Part shown: positions 30,503-40,715 of the stretch, piece after piece | Layout: each line of letters starts with the position of its first letter | How positions within the stretch are numbered: the first letter of the stretch is position 1 | Origin: Kofleriaceae bacterium | GTDB taxonomy: Bacteria; Myxococcota_A; Polyangia; Haliangiales; Haliangiaceae | NCBI GenBank assembly: GCA_965215005.1 | Contig: CBDCCZ010000009.1 | Span: forward strand, 35,981-99,980 | DNA length: 64,000 nt | Direction of reading: 5' to 3' | Notes under the pieces: generated by a model | What the model saw: the letters and a program-made list of their open reading frames with translations, nothing else | The model's database searches: none | What the model was told of the DNA's origin: nothing | Translations under genes and position numbers: made by a program

Positions 30503-31315
30503 ATGCACAAACTAGGTTCACTCTGCCGCAGCGCCGTTGCAGTCGCGGCGGTTCTCGCCAGTGGCTGCGTCGACACGGAATACGAAGATATAGCCGACGG
30601 CTACGCAGCCGAGTCGATCACCAATGCGCGGCCGCTTTCCGATGCGCCACCAATTGTTGAAGGCGCGACGATACAGCTCTTCAGGAACGATAGGTTCTCC
30701 TGTAGCGCGGTGCTGGTTCGGCCGGATCGGGCGCTAACGGCGTTGCACTGCGTCGATAAGGTACCCAATCCGGCGGCGTACGAGCTGCGCTTCGAGACCG
30801 ATAGAGCCTTTAGCCCGAGGCGCAACCGCGGTGTCTTGGCGATTCGCAAGCACCCCACCGCGGACCTCGCGACGCTCGACCTCGACCGCGACGCACCGAC
30901 GGATGCCGGCCACTTCGCGGCACTGATTCACGACCCGGTGACCGGGAGGTTAACTCACGGCACCCGTGTGGTCGTAGCCGGTTTTGGCGATAGCGGCCCA
31001 TCCACCAATGACGCAGGGACCTTGCGCTGGGGCAAGACGGCGTTCGACGCGTGGGTTGGCGACTACAGCATCAGGGGATACGACCGGACGTTCTCGAGCG
31101 GCCTGCGCTTTTTCCGTGACCCGCTCGGCGAGGTGTTGGATCCGGCGAACTCGCTCACGTGTCCCGGCGATTCGGGCGGTCCGATCTACCAGTGGCTTCC
31201 AGGGAGTGGCTGGCGGCTCACGGGCATCAACTCTACCAGCCACTGTGACGGATTTCGGGCGCATGCGATTGCAGCGGACGTGCGGGGGCTCAAGGACTGG
31301 GTCTACGGGCAGTAG
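30503..31315 (+). CDS. Trypsin-like (S1) serine protease lipoprotein
   Basis: LASGC lipobox; LTALHC, DLA, CPGDSGGP. Confidence 0.9.
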   Translation: MHKLGSLCRSAVAVAAVLASGCVDTEYEDIADGYAAESITNARPLSDAPPIVEGATIQLFRNDRFSCSAVLVRPDRALTALHCVDKVPNPAAYELRFETDRAFSPRRNRGVLAIRKHPTADLATLDLDRDAPTDAGHFAALIHDPVTGRLTHGTRVVVAGFGDSGPSTNDAGTLRWGKTAFDAWVGDYSIRGYDRTFSSGLRFFRDPLGEVLDPANSLTCPGDSGGPIYQWLPGSGWRLTGINSTSHCDGFRAHAIAADVRGLKDWVYGQ

Positions 31316-31358
31316 CGCTGCAAGGCGCCCAGGCCCCCCATGTTACATTTCGCGGGGC

Positions 31359-32222
31359 ATGGGCATCTATCCGCAACCAAACGACTGGACTTGCGGACCA
31401 TTCGCGCTCAAACACGCTTTGCTGGCCCTGGGAAAGCTGGTAACCGAAGACCAGATCAATGCCGTTGCGCAGGCCCACTGGTGGTCAGGCACCGACGAGA
31501 TTCGACTCAGCAAGGCAGCCGATGCGTTCGACTGCGGCCTTGATCTGCGCCGGCGAATCGATGCGGAAAAGGCGCGCAAAGCGCTCGCTTCGGTGGTTCG
31601 CGACGGCACGCCGGCCATCTTGTGCGTCGATGAATGGGGCCACTGGATCACCGTCGTGGGCCATGAAAAGAGCCGCTTCGTGGTGCTCGACTCGAACATG
31701 GATCCGGTGCTCAACGTCATCAGCTGGCCGGAGCTGCGTCGCCGCTGGGGCTTCGAAGACAGCGACTATGACGCGCTCGACCCGCCGATCATCTACGACC
31801 TATTCGTGGTGCGGCCGCGGTTTCGCGTAACCATCAAGGCCAACTTTTCGGTGGCGCGAGTCAAGTTCTTGCGCCGCCCCGAAAACGCCGGCCTCGGCGC
31901 CCACTGGAACGACTACCTCGAGGATCTTCTCGAGGTGTGCCGGCCGGCTTCGACGCGGCGCGGACCGGCACTTTCGATGGCCGAGTTTCTGCGCCGCAAC
32001 CAGGAGCTCATCACTGGGCGGGTCGCCTACTGGCACGGCGACATCGAGAAGACCGCGCTCGTGCGCCTGCTGCAGCAATTTCGCTTCGTCGCCGAAACCT
32101 ACGGGTTGGTGGTTCCAGAGGCCAGCGCACGCCGGGCGGTGGTGGACATGTCGGTGCTGACCGCGCTATGGGTGGCAGCGGCGCGCGGCATCGGTGAGAT
32201 GTACGGCGACGGTTTGCAATGA
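31359..32222 (+). CDS. C39-like cysteine peptidase, no signal peptide
   Basis: QPNDWTCGPFAL (Q-x5-C), GHWITVVG, VVLDS. Confidence 0.8.
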   Translation: MGIYPQPNDWTCGPFALKHALLALGKLVTEDQINAVAQAHWWSGTDEIRLSKAADAFDCGLDLRRRIDAEKARKALASVVRDGTPAILCVDEWGHWITVVGHEKSRFVVLDSNMDPVLNVISWPELRRRWGFEDSDYDALDPPIIYDLFVVRPRFRVTIKANFSVARVKFLRRPENAGLGAHWNDYLEDLLEVCRPASTRRGPALSMAEFLRRNQELITGRVAYWHGDIEKTALVRLLQQFRFVAETYGLVVPEASARRAVVDMSVLTALWVAAARGIGEMYGDGLQ

Positions 32223-32251
32223 CCTGCCGTTGCATGCGATAGCCAGGAGCG

Positions 32252-33498
32252 ATGAAGCTCGCCATCCTGTCGCGCGGACCCAAGCTGTACAGCACTCGGC
32301 GCCTGCGTGAGGCTGCGGAAGCTCGGGGCCACCACGTCAAGGTGCTCGACACCCTTGGCTTCTCCATCGTGGTCGAGGAGGGCGAGCCAGACCTGCGGTT
32401 TCGCTCCAAACCGCTCAGCGGCTACGACGCCGTGATTCCGCGGGTAGGCGCTTCAATCACGTTCTATGGCACCGCGGTGGTGCGGCAGTTCGAGCAGATG
32501 GGCGTCTTCACGCTCAACTCCTCGCACGCCATCATCGTCTCGCGCGACAAGTTCCGCTCCGCGCAGGTCCTTAGTCGCCATCACATCGGGATGCCGTCGA
32601 CGGTGTTCGTGCGCAGCCGCGCCCGCGTCCTCGATGCCATCGAGTCAGTGGGCGGCGCGCCGGTGATCATCAAGGTGCTCGAGGGCACCCAAGGCGTCGG
32701 CGTCATCCTCGCGGATACGGTGAAGACGGCACAGGCGGTGGTGGAAACGCTGCATTGGGCGCGACAAAATGTGCTGATTCAAAAGTTCGTCGCCGAGAGC
32801 AAAGGCCGGGACATGCGCGCGCTCGTGGTTGGCGACCGCGTGGTCGCGGCGATGCGGCGCATCGCCAAAGGCGATGAGTTTCGCTCCAATGTTCATCGCG
32901 GTGGCCGTACCGAGGCCATCAAGCTCGAGCCCGAGTACGAGCGCACCGCGATTCGCGCCGCGCAAATTCTCGGTCTTCGGGTGGCGGGCGTCGACATGCT
33001 CGAGGGCGCCGATGGCCCCAGGTCATGGAGGTCAACTCGTCGCCGGGCCTCGAGGGCATCGAGAAGGCCACCGGCATCGACGTCGCTGGCGCCATCGTGC
33101 AGCACCTCGAAGATCAGATGCTGTTTCCCGACCTCGACTTGCGCCAGCGATTAACTCTCAAGTCGGGCTATGCGGTGGCCGAGTTCTCGATCGGGCCGAG
33201 CTCTGAGCTCGCGCACAAGACGCTTCGCGAGACCGAGCTGCGTGAGCGCGACGTGCTGGTGCTGCGGATTCAACGCGGCAGCGTGATCATCCCCAATCCG
33301 CGTGGAAGCCAAGAAATCCTGCCGGCGGACCTGCTGCTCTGTTACGGCAAGATGCTCACGTTGCGAACCCTCATCCCGCCGACCGAGCCCAAAAAGCGCA
33401 AGCGGGTGCGCCGCGATTCAGCTCCAATCGCCGACGACCATGACGGCATGCCGGATTCGACCCCGTCGGTGCGTCCTCACTCGGAAGACGCCGATTAA
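32252..33498 (+). CDS. rimK: RimK alpha-L-glutamate ligase fused to TrkA-C (RCK_C); frameshift at about 33016-33019
   Basis: [29 protein letters not shown] in one frame; [13 protein letters not shown] and RCK_C in the next. Confidence 0.9.
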
Positions 33499-33500
33499 CG

Positions 33501-33962
33501 ATGAAGACACCCCGCCGAACTCGCGCAAATCTCATCATTGGCTGGCGTGAGTGGGTTGCGTTGCCCGACCTGGGCGTGCAGCAAATCAAGGCCAAGGTTG
33601 ACACTGGAGCGCGAACCTCTGCGCTCCACGCCTTCGATATTCGACGCGTCCGCCGTGGCGACAAGCGCTACATTCGCTTCAAAGTTCACCCCGAGCAGCG
33701 CGACAACAGCATCGAGCTCGAGGCGCGGGCGCCGCTCATCGATGAACGGCTGGTGCGCAACTCCGGCGGCACCGAGCAGCTGCGCCCGGTGATTTCGACG
33801 ACTCTCGAGATCATGGGCATGAGCTGGGAAATTGAGATGACGTTGACCACCCGCGACGTCATGGGGTTTCGCATGCTGCTCGGCCGCGAGGCCGTCCGCG
33901 GTCATGCCCTGGTCGATCCAGGCGGTTCCTACCACTGCGGGCGCCGCAGCCGCCGCTCCTAA
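33501..33962 (+). CDS. RimK-associated retropepsin-like protein (ATP-dependent zinc protease family)
   Basis: IGWREWV, AKVDTGARTSALHA, MGFRMLLGR. Confidence 0.9.
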   Translation: MKTPRRTRANLIIGWREWVALPDLGVQQIKAKVDTGARTSALHAFDIRRVRRGDKRYIRFKVHPEQRDNSIELEARAPLIDERLVRNSGGTEQLRPVISTTLEIMGMSWEIEMTLTTRDVMGFRMLLGREAVRGHALVDPGGSYHCGRRSRRS

Positions 33963-33990
33963 CCTAACCGCCCGGCGTGGCCGCGCTCGG

Positions 33991-35751
33991 CTACGGCCAG
34001 AGGAGCGGAATTGCCACCGCCGCAACGATCGTCAAGAGCGCGTTGAGCGGTGCGCCGACGCGCAGGTAATCGGAGAAGCGATAGCCTCCGGGGCCATACA
34101 CGAGGGCGTTGGTCTGGTAACCCATCGGCGTCATGAACGAAGCCGATGCTCCGAACATGACGGCGACCAACAGCGCGTACGGGTTGAGCTGCAGGGTCGA
34201 TGCGGTGGACAACGCGATGGGGGTGAGAACGACCGCCGCGGCTTGATTGGACATCACCTCCGTCAAGATCGACGTCACGAGGTAGAAGCAGCCGATGATG
34301 AGCGCCGGTGGCATTCCGGCGACCAGATCGGCCAGGAGCGCCCCTAGCAGCGCCGCCGCACCGCTCTGGTCGAGCGCCACACCGAGCGGCAAGAGACCCG
34401 CGAGCAGTGCGATGATCATCCAGTCCATCTCACGGTACACCTCGTCGATGCGAATGCAGCGGGTGAAGATCATCGCGACGGCGCCAACCAGTGCCGCATA
34501 GGTGATCGACACCAAGCCGACAGCGGAAGTCGCGACCACGGCGACTAGAATGGTCAAAGCGAGTGCGCTGGACGGTCGCGGGTCGGTGGGCGAAGAGACC
34601 TCGCCAATGGCTGTGAAGCTCTTATCGTCGAGGAGTCGGCTCAGCGCGTCTGGTGAGCCGTGTACCAACAGCAGGTCACCCACCGCCAACCGCTCGCGGC
34701 TCAGCCGCCCGGCGAGCGGTCGTCGCGGGCGCTGCAGTCCAATTACCGCTGCTTCGTAGCTGGAGCCAAACCGCAGCTCGCGCAGGCTGCGACCTGCGAA
34801 CCGCGAGCCCGGGCTGACGATGAGCTCGATGGTCCGCGCATCGGCAGGCTCACTGGCAGTTCCGCTGCGGGTAAGCGGAGTGTCGAGCTTCTCGGCGTGG
34901 GCGCAGCGAAAGATGGCCTCGGCGTCGCCCGATACCCGCAGGACATCGCCCACGCGCAGCGGCTCAGAGTCCCACGGCGGCCAATGATACCATCGGCCCA
35001 CCGGCTCGGCGGCGCGCAATCCGTAGCGCTCGGCGAGCTCACTCGCGCCGGCGCCGACCAGTCGCGACCGAGATGTCACGATGAGCTCCGTCGTGAAGGC
35101 GCGGCTCGAGGCCTTGGCTTCCAGATGGCCTCCCGCGGCTCGCCGGGGCAGTAGCCGGATGCCAATGGTGAACAGATACGCCAGGCCTGCTACCAGGTAG
35201 ATCAGCCCGAGCGGGGCGATCGAGAACATCGACAGCTCGTCATAGCCGCGGTTGCGCGCCAGGTTGTGCACGATCAGATTGGTCGAAGTGCCGATGAGCG
35301 TGATGGTGCCGCCGAGAATGGCGGCATAGGAGAGCGGCAACAGGTAGCGCGACGGCGGCTGTCCGGCGGCCGCTGCGAGCGCCGTGAATACCGGCAAGAA
35401 CACCACAACGACTGCGGTGTTGCTGAGAAACGGTGAAATCGCGGCGACTAACAGGCACATCACGCCGAGGCGCGGGCCGGGGCCGCCGAAGGCGAGCCGC
35501 GCCGCCCATCGGCCTATGGCCTGTACCACGCCGGTCTTTTCGAGACCGCGCCCCAGCACCAGGGTCGCTGCGACGGTTACGGTGGCCGAGTTCGAAAGCC
35601 CGGAGAGGGCGATGTCGATGTCGATGATGCCGCCGAGGAGGAGCAGCACCGGAACGCCGATGGCCACCTGGTCCATCCGCAGCCATTCGGTGATGAACAG
35701 CGCGATCGCCGCCGCTGCAACGGCGAGGACGTAGGCAACTTCCCAGGTCAC
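33991..35751 (-). CDS. SLC13 family permease with TrkA-C domains
   Basis: LGGTITLIGTSTN, LTEVMSNQA, FMTPMGYQTN, YRFSDY. Confidence 0.92.
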   Translation of the reverse strand: MTWEVAYVLAVAAAAIALFITEWLRMDQVAIGVPVLLLLGGIIDIDIALSGLSNSATVTVAATLVLGRGLEKTGVVQAIGRWAARLAFGGPGPRLGVMCLLVAAISPFLSNTAVVVVFLPVFTALAAAAGQPPSRYLLPLSYAAILGGTITLIGTSTNLIVHNLARNRGYDELSMFSIAPLGLIYLVAGLAYLFTIGIRLLPRRAAGGHLEAKASSRAFTTELIVTSRSRLVGAGASELAERYGLRAAEPVGRWYHWPPWDSEPLRVGDVLRVSGDAEAIFRCAHAEKLDTPLTRSGTASEPADARTIELIVSPGSRFAGRSLRELRFGSSYEAAVIGLQRPRRPLAGRLSRERLAVGDLLLVHGSPDALSRLLDDKSFTAIGEVSSPTDPRPSSALALTILVAVVATSAVGLVSITYAALVGAVAMIFTRCIRIDEVYREMDWMIIALLAGLLPLGVALDQSGAAALLGALLADLVAGMPPALIIGCFYLVTSILTEVMSNQAAAVVLTPIALSTASTLQLNPYALLVAVMFGASASFMTPMGYQTNALVYGPGGYRFSDYLRVGAPLNALLTIVAAVAIPLLWP

Positions 35752-35841
35752 CTAGGCAGCGGCAGCAACGGACGTGCCGGTTGCAGGGCTCCGAGGCGTC
35801 GGCGCCCGAGGGCATTCCTGCCATATTGAGGCAGTTTAGAC

Positions 35842-36246
35842 TTATTTGTGTCGCGGCCGGCGCCGCTCTTTGGCGCGCCGTCGGCTGGCCGAGTCGGCGC
35901 TAACCAGGCGCAGAACCTCGTCCTGCGCTTCGTGACCGGGCGGCAGATTCGCGGGGCGCTCGGCGCGGCGCGCGCGAACGCTGCCGTAGAGCGCGTTGAG
36001 GCCCGCCAACGCGGCGGTGCGTTCGGCGGCGTCGCCCTCGGCCCAGCCCCACACCAGCTGCAGATACTCGCTGTTGCAGCTGACTGCGGGCGACTCGGGA
36101 AGCGGCAGAGCAACGACGTCACCTAGATCGATGAGGCCGGCGTGCAGGTCCCGCTGGGCACGGGCGGTGGCGGTAGGCGAGATGACGCCCTCGCGCTGAA
36201 TATGAGCAACGACGCATGACTGGGGCTCCAGCTCGACTGTGAACAT
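35842..36246 (-). CDS. Hypothetical protein
   Basis: AGGAGG RBS upstream of ATG; fills the gap between co-oriented genes. Confidence 0.6.
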   Translation of the reverse strand: MFTVELEPQSCVVAHIQREGVISPTATARAQRDLHAGLIDLGDVVALPLPESPAVSCNSEYLQLVWGWAEGDAAERTAALAGLNALYGSVRARRAERPANLPPGHEAQDEVLRLVSADSASRRRAKERRRPRHK

Positions 36247-36485
36247 TCTAAGGCCTCCTATTTCGCCGCTGCTTGAGTACTAACGCCAGCGTTGGATTTT
36301 CGATGCGGGGCAAGGGCGCCGACTATCGCTCCTCAGGCCCCGTTTGCGCGTCGTCGTCATCAAATCGTTGCTTCGAACCGTGCCAGCACGCCCGCCGTAA
36401 ATCCTGGGCTCACTGGCGCTCGATTACGTATGGCCAAAAGGTCGCGGCGGAGCAAGGGCTAATGCGCAGAGAACGCGCCGATCGC

Positions 36486-38015
36486 TCAGCGCAGCGAGCC
36501 GAGCACGAACCGGCGAGCGTAGCCGCTGGTAAGATTCTCGATGGCTACCTCGACGGTGCCGTCGAGACCATAGATGTAGGTCTCGGCGATCTCTTCGGCG
36601 GCGACCCGTTCGGTGGTGGCGACGTCGCGCTCGCCGAGCTCGCCGCGGTTGGCTAGCTGGGGATCATAGGGGAAAAATACCCGCGTCCAAGGAGTGACAT
36701 CTCCGGCGGGCTGGCCCTCGTCGTCCAATGCGGCGCACTCGAGGAATCGCAGCGAGCCCACCGTGTGGTGCGGGTGATACACGCGGCGAATCACCAGCGG
36801 CTCGTCGCTGGTTGCGGTGTCTTTGCTCAAGATGCGATCGAAGATTTTCTGGCGACCGCTCTCACTTTCTCGCCACACGCCAAAGTGGCGCGTGATGGCC
36901 TCGCGCACGAAGATCGACGCCGCGGGATCGGCCGCGACCGCGAGACCCACGGCGGTGGCCGCGTGTGGCTGCGGTGCGAGAATGATCTTGCGGTTGTAGG
37001 TAGCACGCAGCGCGCGAGCGACGGGCGGGAAGGCAATTGCGCCGCCGACTAAATAGAGACCGCCTAGCTCGCGCGGGTTCTCGGGATCGATGCCGTACTC
37101 GTGGAGGCGGCCAAACACCTCTTGCACCAGCGCAATGGTGCGGTCGATGAGCGGCTGGCAGGCGTCGTAGATCGCCGCGGCATCCAACACCACGGGCTCA
37201 GCGCCTAACGGCTCGAGGTCGACCATCAGCTTTTTGCTCTTCGGCGTCAGGGTTTCTTTGGCTTCGCGACATACCTCGAGCAGCGCGGCGCGGCTGCTGG
37301 GGTCGCACGTTAGATTAGCGCGCTCCATCGCGAGCTCAGCGATGACCTCGTCGAAGTCGTCGCCGCCCAGGCGCGCGAACCCTTCGCTGGTGAGCAGCGC
37401 AAAGCGGCGACCTTCCAGGGACACCGCGGAGGTATCGAAGGTGCCGCCGCCGAGATCGTAGACGACGACGTAACGCTTGGGACTGCGAGCGCCTAAGTTG
37501 GCGAGCTTGCGCTGCGCGAGCTCGATGGCCGCCGCGGTCGGCTCGCTGATCATGCCGCGCACGACGAAGCCGGCGCGCGCAAACGCTTCGACGGTCAAGT
37601 AGCGCTGCCGCGTCGAGGCATTGGCGGGCACCGCGATCACCGCCTCGAGGGGCTCGCTGGGCAGAATATCGAGGTTGGAGTGCTCGCGCAGCATGCGCGC
37701 CACGTGGCGAAGAAAGGCAGTGGTAAGTTCCAGCGCCGTGGGCGCAGCAGGACCGAGCTCGGCGACTGGCTCGTCGGGCACCAGCTGCGCGACCAGGCGC
37801 TTGATCGAGCGAATTGCCGGTGGGGGATTGGGTCCCCGCAGGCGATCGAGCGCGGCCCAGCCATAGCTCGCGGCGCCGTCGTCGGTGAGGGCGGCGATGC
37901 CGGGGATGTGATCGACGAGGCGGTCGCCAACGTCGAACGATGCGACGGGATAGCGGCCATCGACGGCCGCGGCCACCACTGTGCGCGTGGTGCCAAAATC
38001 GATACCTAGCTTCAC
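36486..38015 (-). CDS. Hsp70-family ATPase, atypical (no canonical substrate-binding domain)
   Basis: LGIDFGTT, SEPTAAA, YDLGGGTFD, LGGDDFD, LVGG. Confidence 0.9.
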   Translation of the reverse strand: MKLGIDFGTTRTVVAAAVDGRYPVASFDVGDRLVDHIPGIAALTDDGAASYGWAALDRLRGPNPPPAIRSIKRLVAQLVPDEPVAELGPAAPTALELTTAFLRHVARMLREHSNLDILPSEPLEAVIAVPANASTRQRYLTVEAFARAGFVVRGMISEPTAAAIELAQRKLANLGARSPKRYVVVYDLGGGTFDTSAVSLEGRRFALLTSEGFARLGGDDFDEVIAELAMERANLTCDPSSRAALLEVCREAKETLTPKSKKLMVDLEPLGAEPVVLDAAAIYDACQPLIDRTIALVQEVFGRLHEYGIDPENPRELGGLYLVGGAIAFPPVARALRATYNRKIILAPQPHAATAVGLAVAADPAASIFVREAITRHFGVWRESESGRQKIFDRILSKDTATSDEPLVIRRVYHPHHTVGSLRFLECAALDDEGQPAGDVTPWTRVFFPYDPQLANRGELGERDVATTERVAAEEIAETYIYGLDGTVEVAIENLTSGYARRFVLGSLR

Positions 38016-38370
38016 GCTTGCCTCCGCTTCGCCCGCATTGTATCGCCGTCGCCAAATGGTTCCAGAAAACCGACGTCGGCGCCGCGCGGGATCGTCGTGC
38101 GCTGCGGTGGAGCCGGCCATCGCACCTCGGATGCCGACGCAAATGCTCGCCTCCGGGGCGGTTCAAGCTTTTGACACCGTCATACCCGACTACTAGACTG
38201 AGCGGCGATTTTCGCGTATCAGGTGCCGGCAACGCGCTCATGCCCTTGGGAGGCAGCTCGGTTCCCGTTGCCGCCGATCTCGCTTGCACTCAAACCCGCT
38301 CGAGCCGCGTCGCGGGAGCCACGCCCGCGCTGCGAGCCGATTCTCGCAACCGCCAAGCTGAAGCGACACC

Positions 38371-40695
38371 ATGAAAGCACGCCACGCGTCTCTGTTTCGT
38401 CTGCCGCTGCGCCCTCGCGCCTTTTCCTGGGCGATTTGCGCCGTGCTGGCGCTCGGCTGCGGCTCCAAGAAAGAAGACGGTTCGGCCAACGCCGCCGGCA
38501 CTGGAGATCCCGCGGCGAGCGCAGGCAAGACGGAACCGAAGAAACCGTCGGTGCGCACGAAGCTCGAGCCATGGCGGCCGCTCCTGGCCGAAGCCGCTCG
38601 TGCCGAGCTCGAAGCCGGCGGCCTTCTCATCGATTTCGGCACTGCCGACCAACACAAATACACCCGCGGCGGCTGGCGAACCGGTTGGGCAGCCAACAAG
38701 AGTGACGGCGATAAAACCAGCTATGTCGAAGGCACCGACTCGCGCGTCAAGCTCGATACTTGGCTGCGCGACGAAGCCGTCGCTGAGATCGTCGTGAGAG
38801 CGCGCTCGAAGGTGCCCGGTCAGGAGATGACTGCATACATCGATGACACCGCGGTGGCCAAAGCCAGCGTTGGGACCGAATGGTCTTTGCTGCGCTTCCC
38901 GGTCAAGGATGGCAAGGTCGAGCCGGGCCTGCACCAGGTGCTGTTGCGGCTTCACAAGGAGGGGCAGCCGCGCGCTGAGATCGACTGGATGTGGTTTGCG
39001 CGCGAGGCGGGCGCCGAGCCGGCGATGACGCCGCGAGCATTGCCGCTCAAGCTCGGCGGCGAGCCCAAGCGGGCCCTGATGGCCACGGGCGCGCGCCGCT
39101 ACTCGTTCTTTCTCGACGTGCCGCCCAACGCGTCGCTGGTGTTCGACCGTGGCTCCAAAGTCGGCGCTACTTTCAAAGTGCGCGCCGAGACCGACGGCGG
39201 CCAGGTGCAGGAGCTGTATTCCGGTACGGGGACCGATGCCTGGGTCGAAGAGAAGGTCGATCTGGGCGCCCTGGCCGGCAAGGCCGTGCGGCTCGAGCTT
39301 GCTGTCGAGGGCAAGGATGGGCTGTCGGGCTGGGCTGAGCCTGAAGTGATGATTGAGCCCTCCGAGGCGCCCATGGGAAGCGCCGTCAACGCCAAAAACG
39401 CCGTTGTGATTCTCATCGACACCGCGCGCGCGGACGCCTTCAAGAGCTTCTATGGGCAGGCCGTGGCAGAGACGCCGGCGATGGATGCGCTCGCCAAAGA
39501 GTCCACGGTGTTCGAGGCCGCCTACGCGCAGGAAAACTGGACCAAGCCCTCAGTCGCCACGGTGCTCACCGGCACCTATCCGACCACCCACGACACCAAA
39601 ACGGATGGCGCGGCGCTGCCCAAGGAAGTCGAGCTAATTTCCGAGCATCTGCAGGCGGCGGGGTTTGCGACGGCCGGCTTCATCGCCAACGGCTACGTCA
39701 GCGACAAGTTCGGCTTTGCAAAGGGCTGGGACACCTACAAGAACTACATCCGGGAATCAAAACCTTCGGAAGCCGAGTTTGTGTACGGCGATGCTCTCGA
39801 GTGGCTTTCCAAGCAGCAAGAGAAGGCACCCGAGCAGCGCTTTTTCCTGTATCTGCAGACCATCGATCCGCACGTGGTGTATCGAGTCGACGAGCCGTAT
39901 TGGTCCAAGTATTTCGAAGGCGAGTACAAAGGCCCGCTCGGGAACACCATCGAGGCCGAGGAACAGATTGCCCTTGGCACTGGAAAGATGAAGCACGAGC
40001 AGCGCGACCTAGACTGGCTCAAGGCGCTCTACTTTGGCGAGGTGAGCTACCACGATGAGCACCTCGGAACGTTTTTGGCGGAGCTGAAGACGCGCGGGCT
40101 CCTCGATGACACGGTCGTGGTGGTCACCAACGATCACGGCGAAGAGCTCGGCGACCATGGTCGATATGGCCACGGCCACAGTCTCTACGAGGAGCTCATT
40201 CACGCGCCGATGGTATGGCGGTTTCCCAAGGTATTCCCGCCTGGCAAGCGCGTGGCCGAGGTGGCCGAGAATGTCGACTTGGCGCCCACGGTAGTCGATG
40301 TGCTCGGGCTCGAGCCGATGAAAAAGGCCGACGGGCTGTCGATGGTGCCGCTGATGACCGGCAAGGACGTGCAGCGGCCGCTGTACTCGGTCACCGAGTT
40401 CCTCGATGGCAATCGGGCGCTCCGCGTGGGCAATTACAAACTGATTCGCAGCGCCGGCAATCGGGTGGAGCTGTACGACCTGGCCGATGACCGCGGCGAA
40501 ACCAAAGACCTCTCGAGCAGTCATCCGGTGGCGCGGCGCATGACCGAGGTGTATCTCGGTGAAGGCTTGGCAGCCCCGGACAAGCGCCAGCGGTTGCAAG
40601 ACATCGCCACCAAGCGCAGCTTCCAAGCCGGCGAAGCCGACATCGATCCGATGATGCGCCGGCAGCTGGAAGCGCTAGGCTACTTTGGCGACTAG
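38371..40695 (+). CDS. Sulfatase-like lipoprotein (alkaline phosphatase superfamily)
   Basis: LALGC lipobox; IDTARAD, NWTKPSVATVLTG, DPH, NDHGEE, GHGHSLY; ends LEALGYFGD. Confidence 0.9.
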   Translation: MKARHASLFRLPLRPRAFSWAICAVLALGCGSKKEDGSANAAGTGDPAASAGKTEPKKPSVRTKLEPWRPLLAEAARAELEAGGLLIDFGTADQHKYTRGGWRTGWAANKSDGDKTSYVEGTDSRVKLDTWLRDEAVAEIVVRARSKVPGQEMTAYIDDTAVAKASVGTEWSLLRFPVKDGKVEPGLHQVLLRLHKEGQPRAEIDWMWFAREAGAEPAMTPRALPLKLGGEPKRALMATGARRYSFFLDVPPNASLVFDRGSKVGATFKVRAETDGGQVQELYSGTGTDAWVEEKVDLGALAGKAVRLELAVEGKDGLSGWAEPEVMIEPSEAPMGSAVNAKNAVVILIDTARADAFKSFYGQAVAETPAMDALAKESTVFEAAYAQENWTKPSVATVLTGTYPTTHDTKTDGAALPKEVELISEHLQAAGFATAGFIANGYVSDKFGFAKGWDTYKNYIRESKPSEAEFVYGDALEWLSKQQEKAPEQRFFLYLQTIDPHVVYRVDEPYWSKYFEGEYKGPLGNTIEAEEQIALGTGKMKHEQRDLDWLKALYFGEVSYHDEHLGTFLAELKTRGLLDDTVVVVTNDHGEELGDHGRYGHGHSLYEELIHAPMVWRFPKVFPPGKRVAEVAENVDLAPTVVDVLGLEPMKKADGLSMVPLMTGKDVQRPLYSVTEFLDGNRALRVGNYKLIRSAGNRVELYDLADDRGETKDLSSSHPVARRMTEVYLGEGLAAPDKRQRLQDIATKRSFQAGEADIDPMMRRQLEALGYFGD

Positions 40696-40715
40696 CGTCG
40701 CTGGGGACACAGCTT

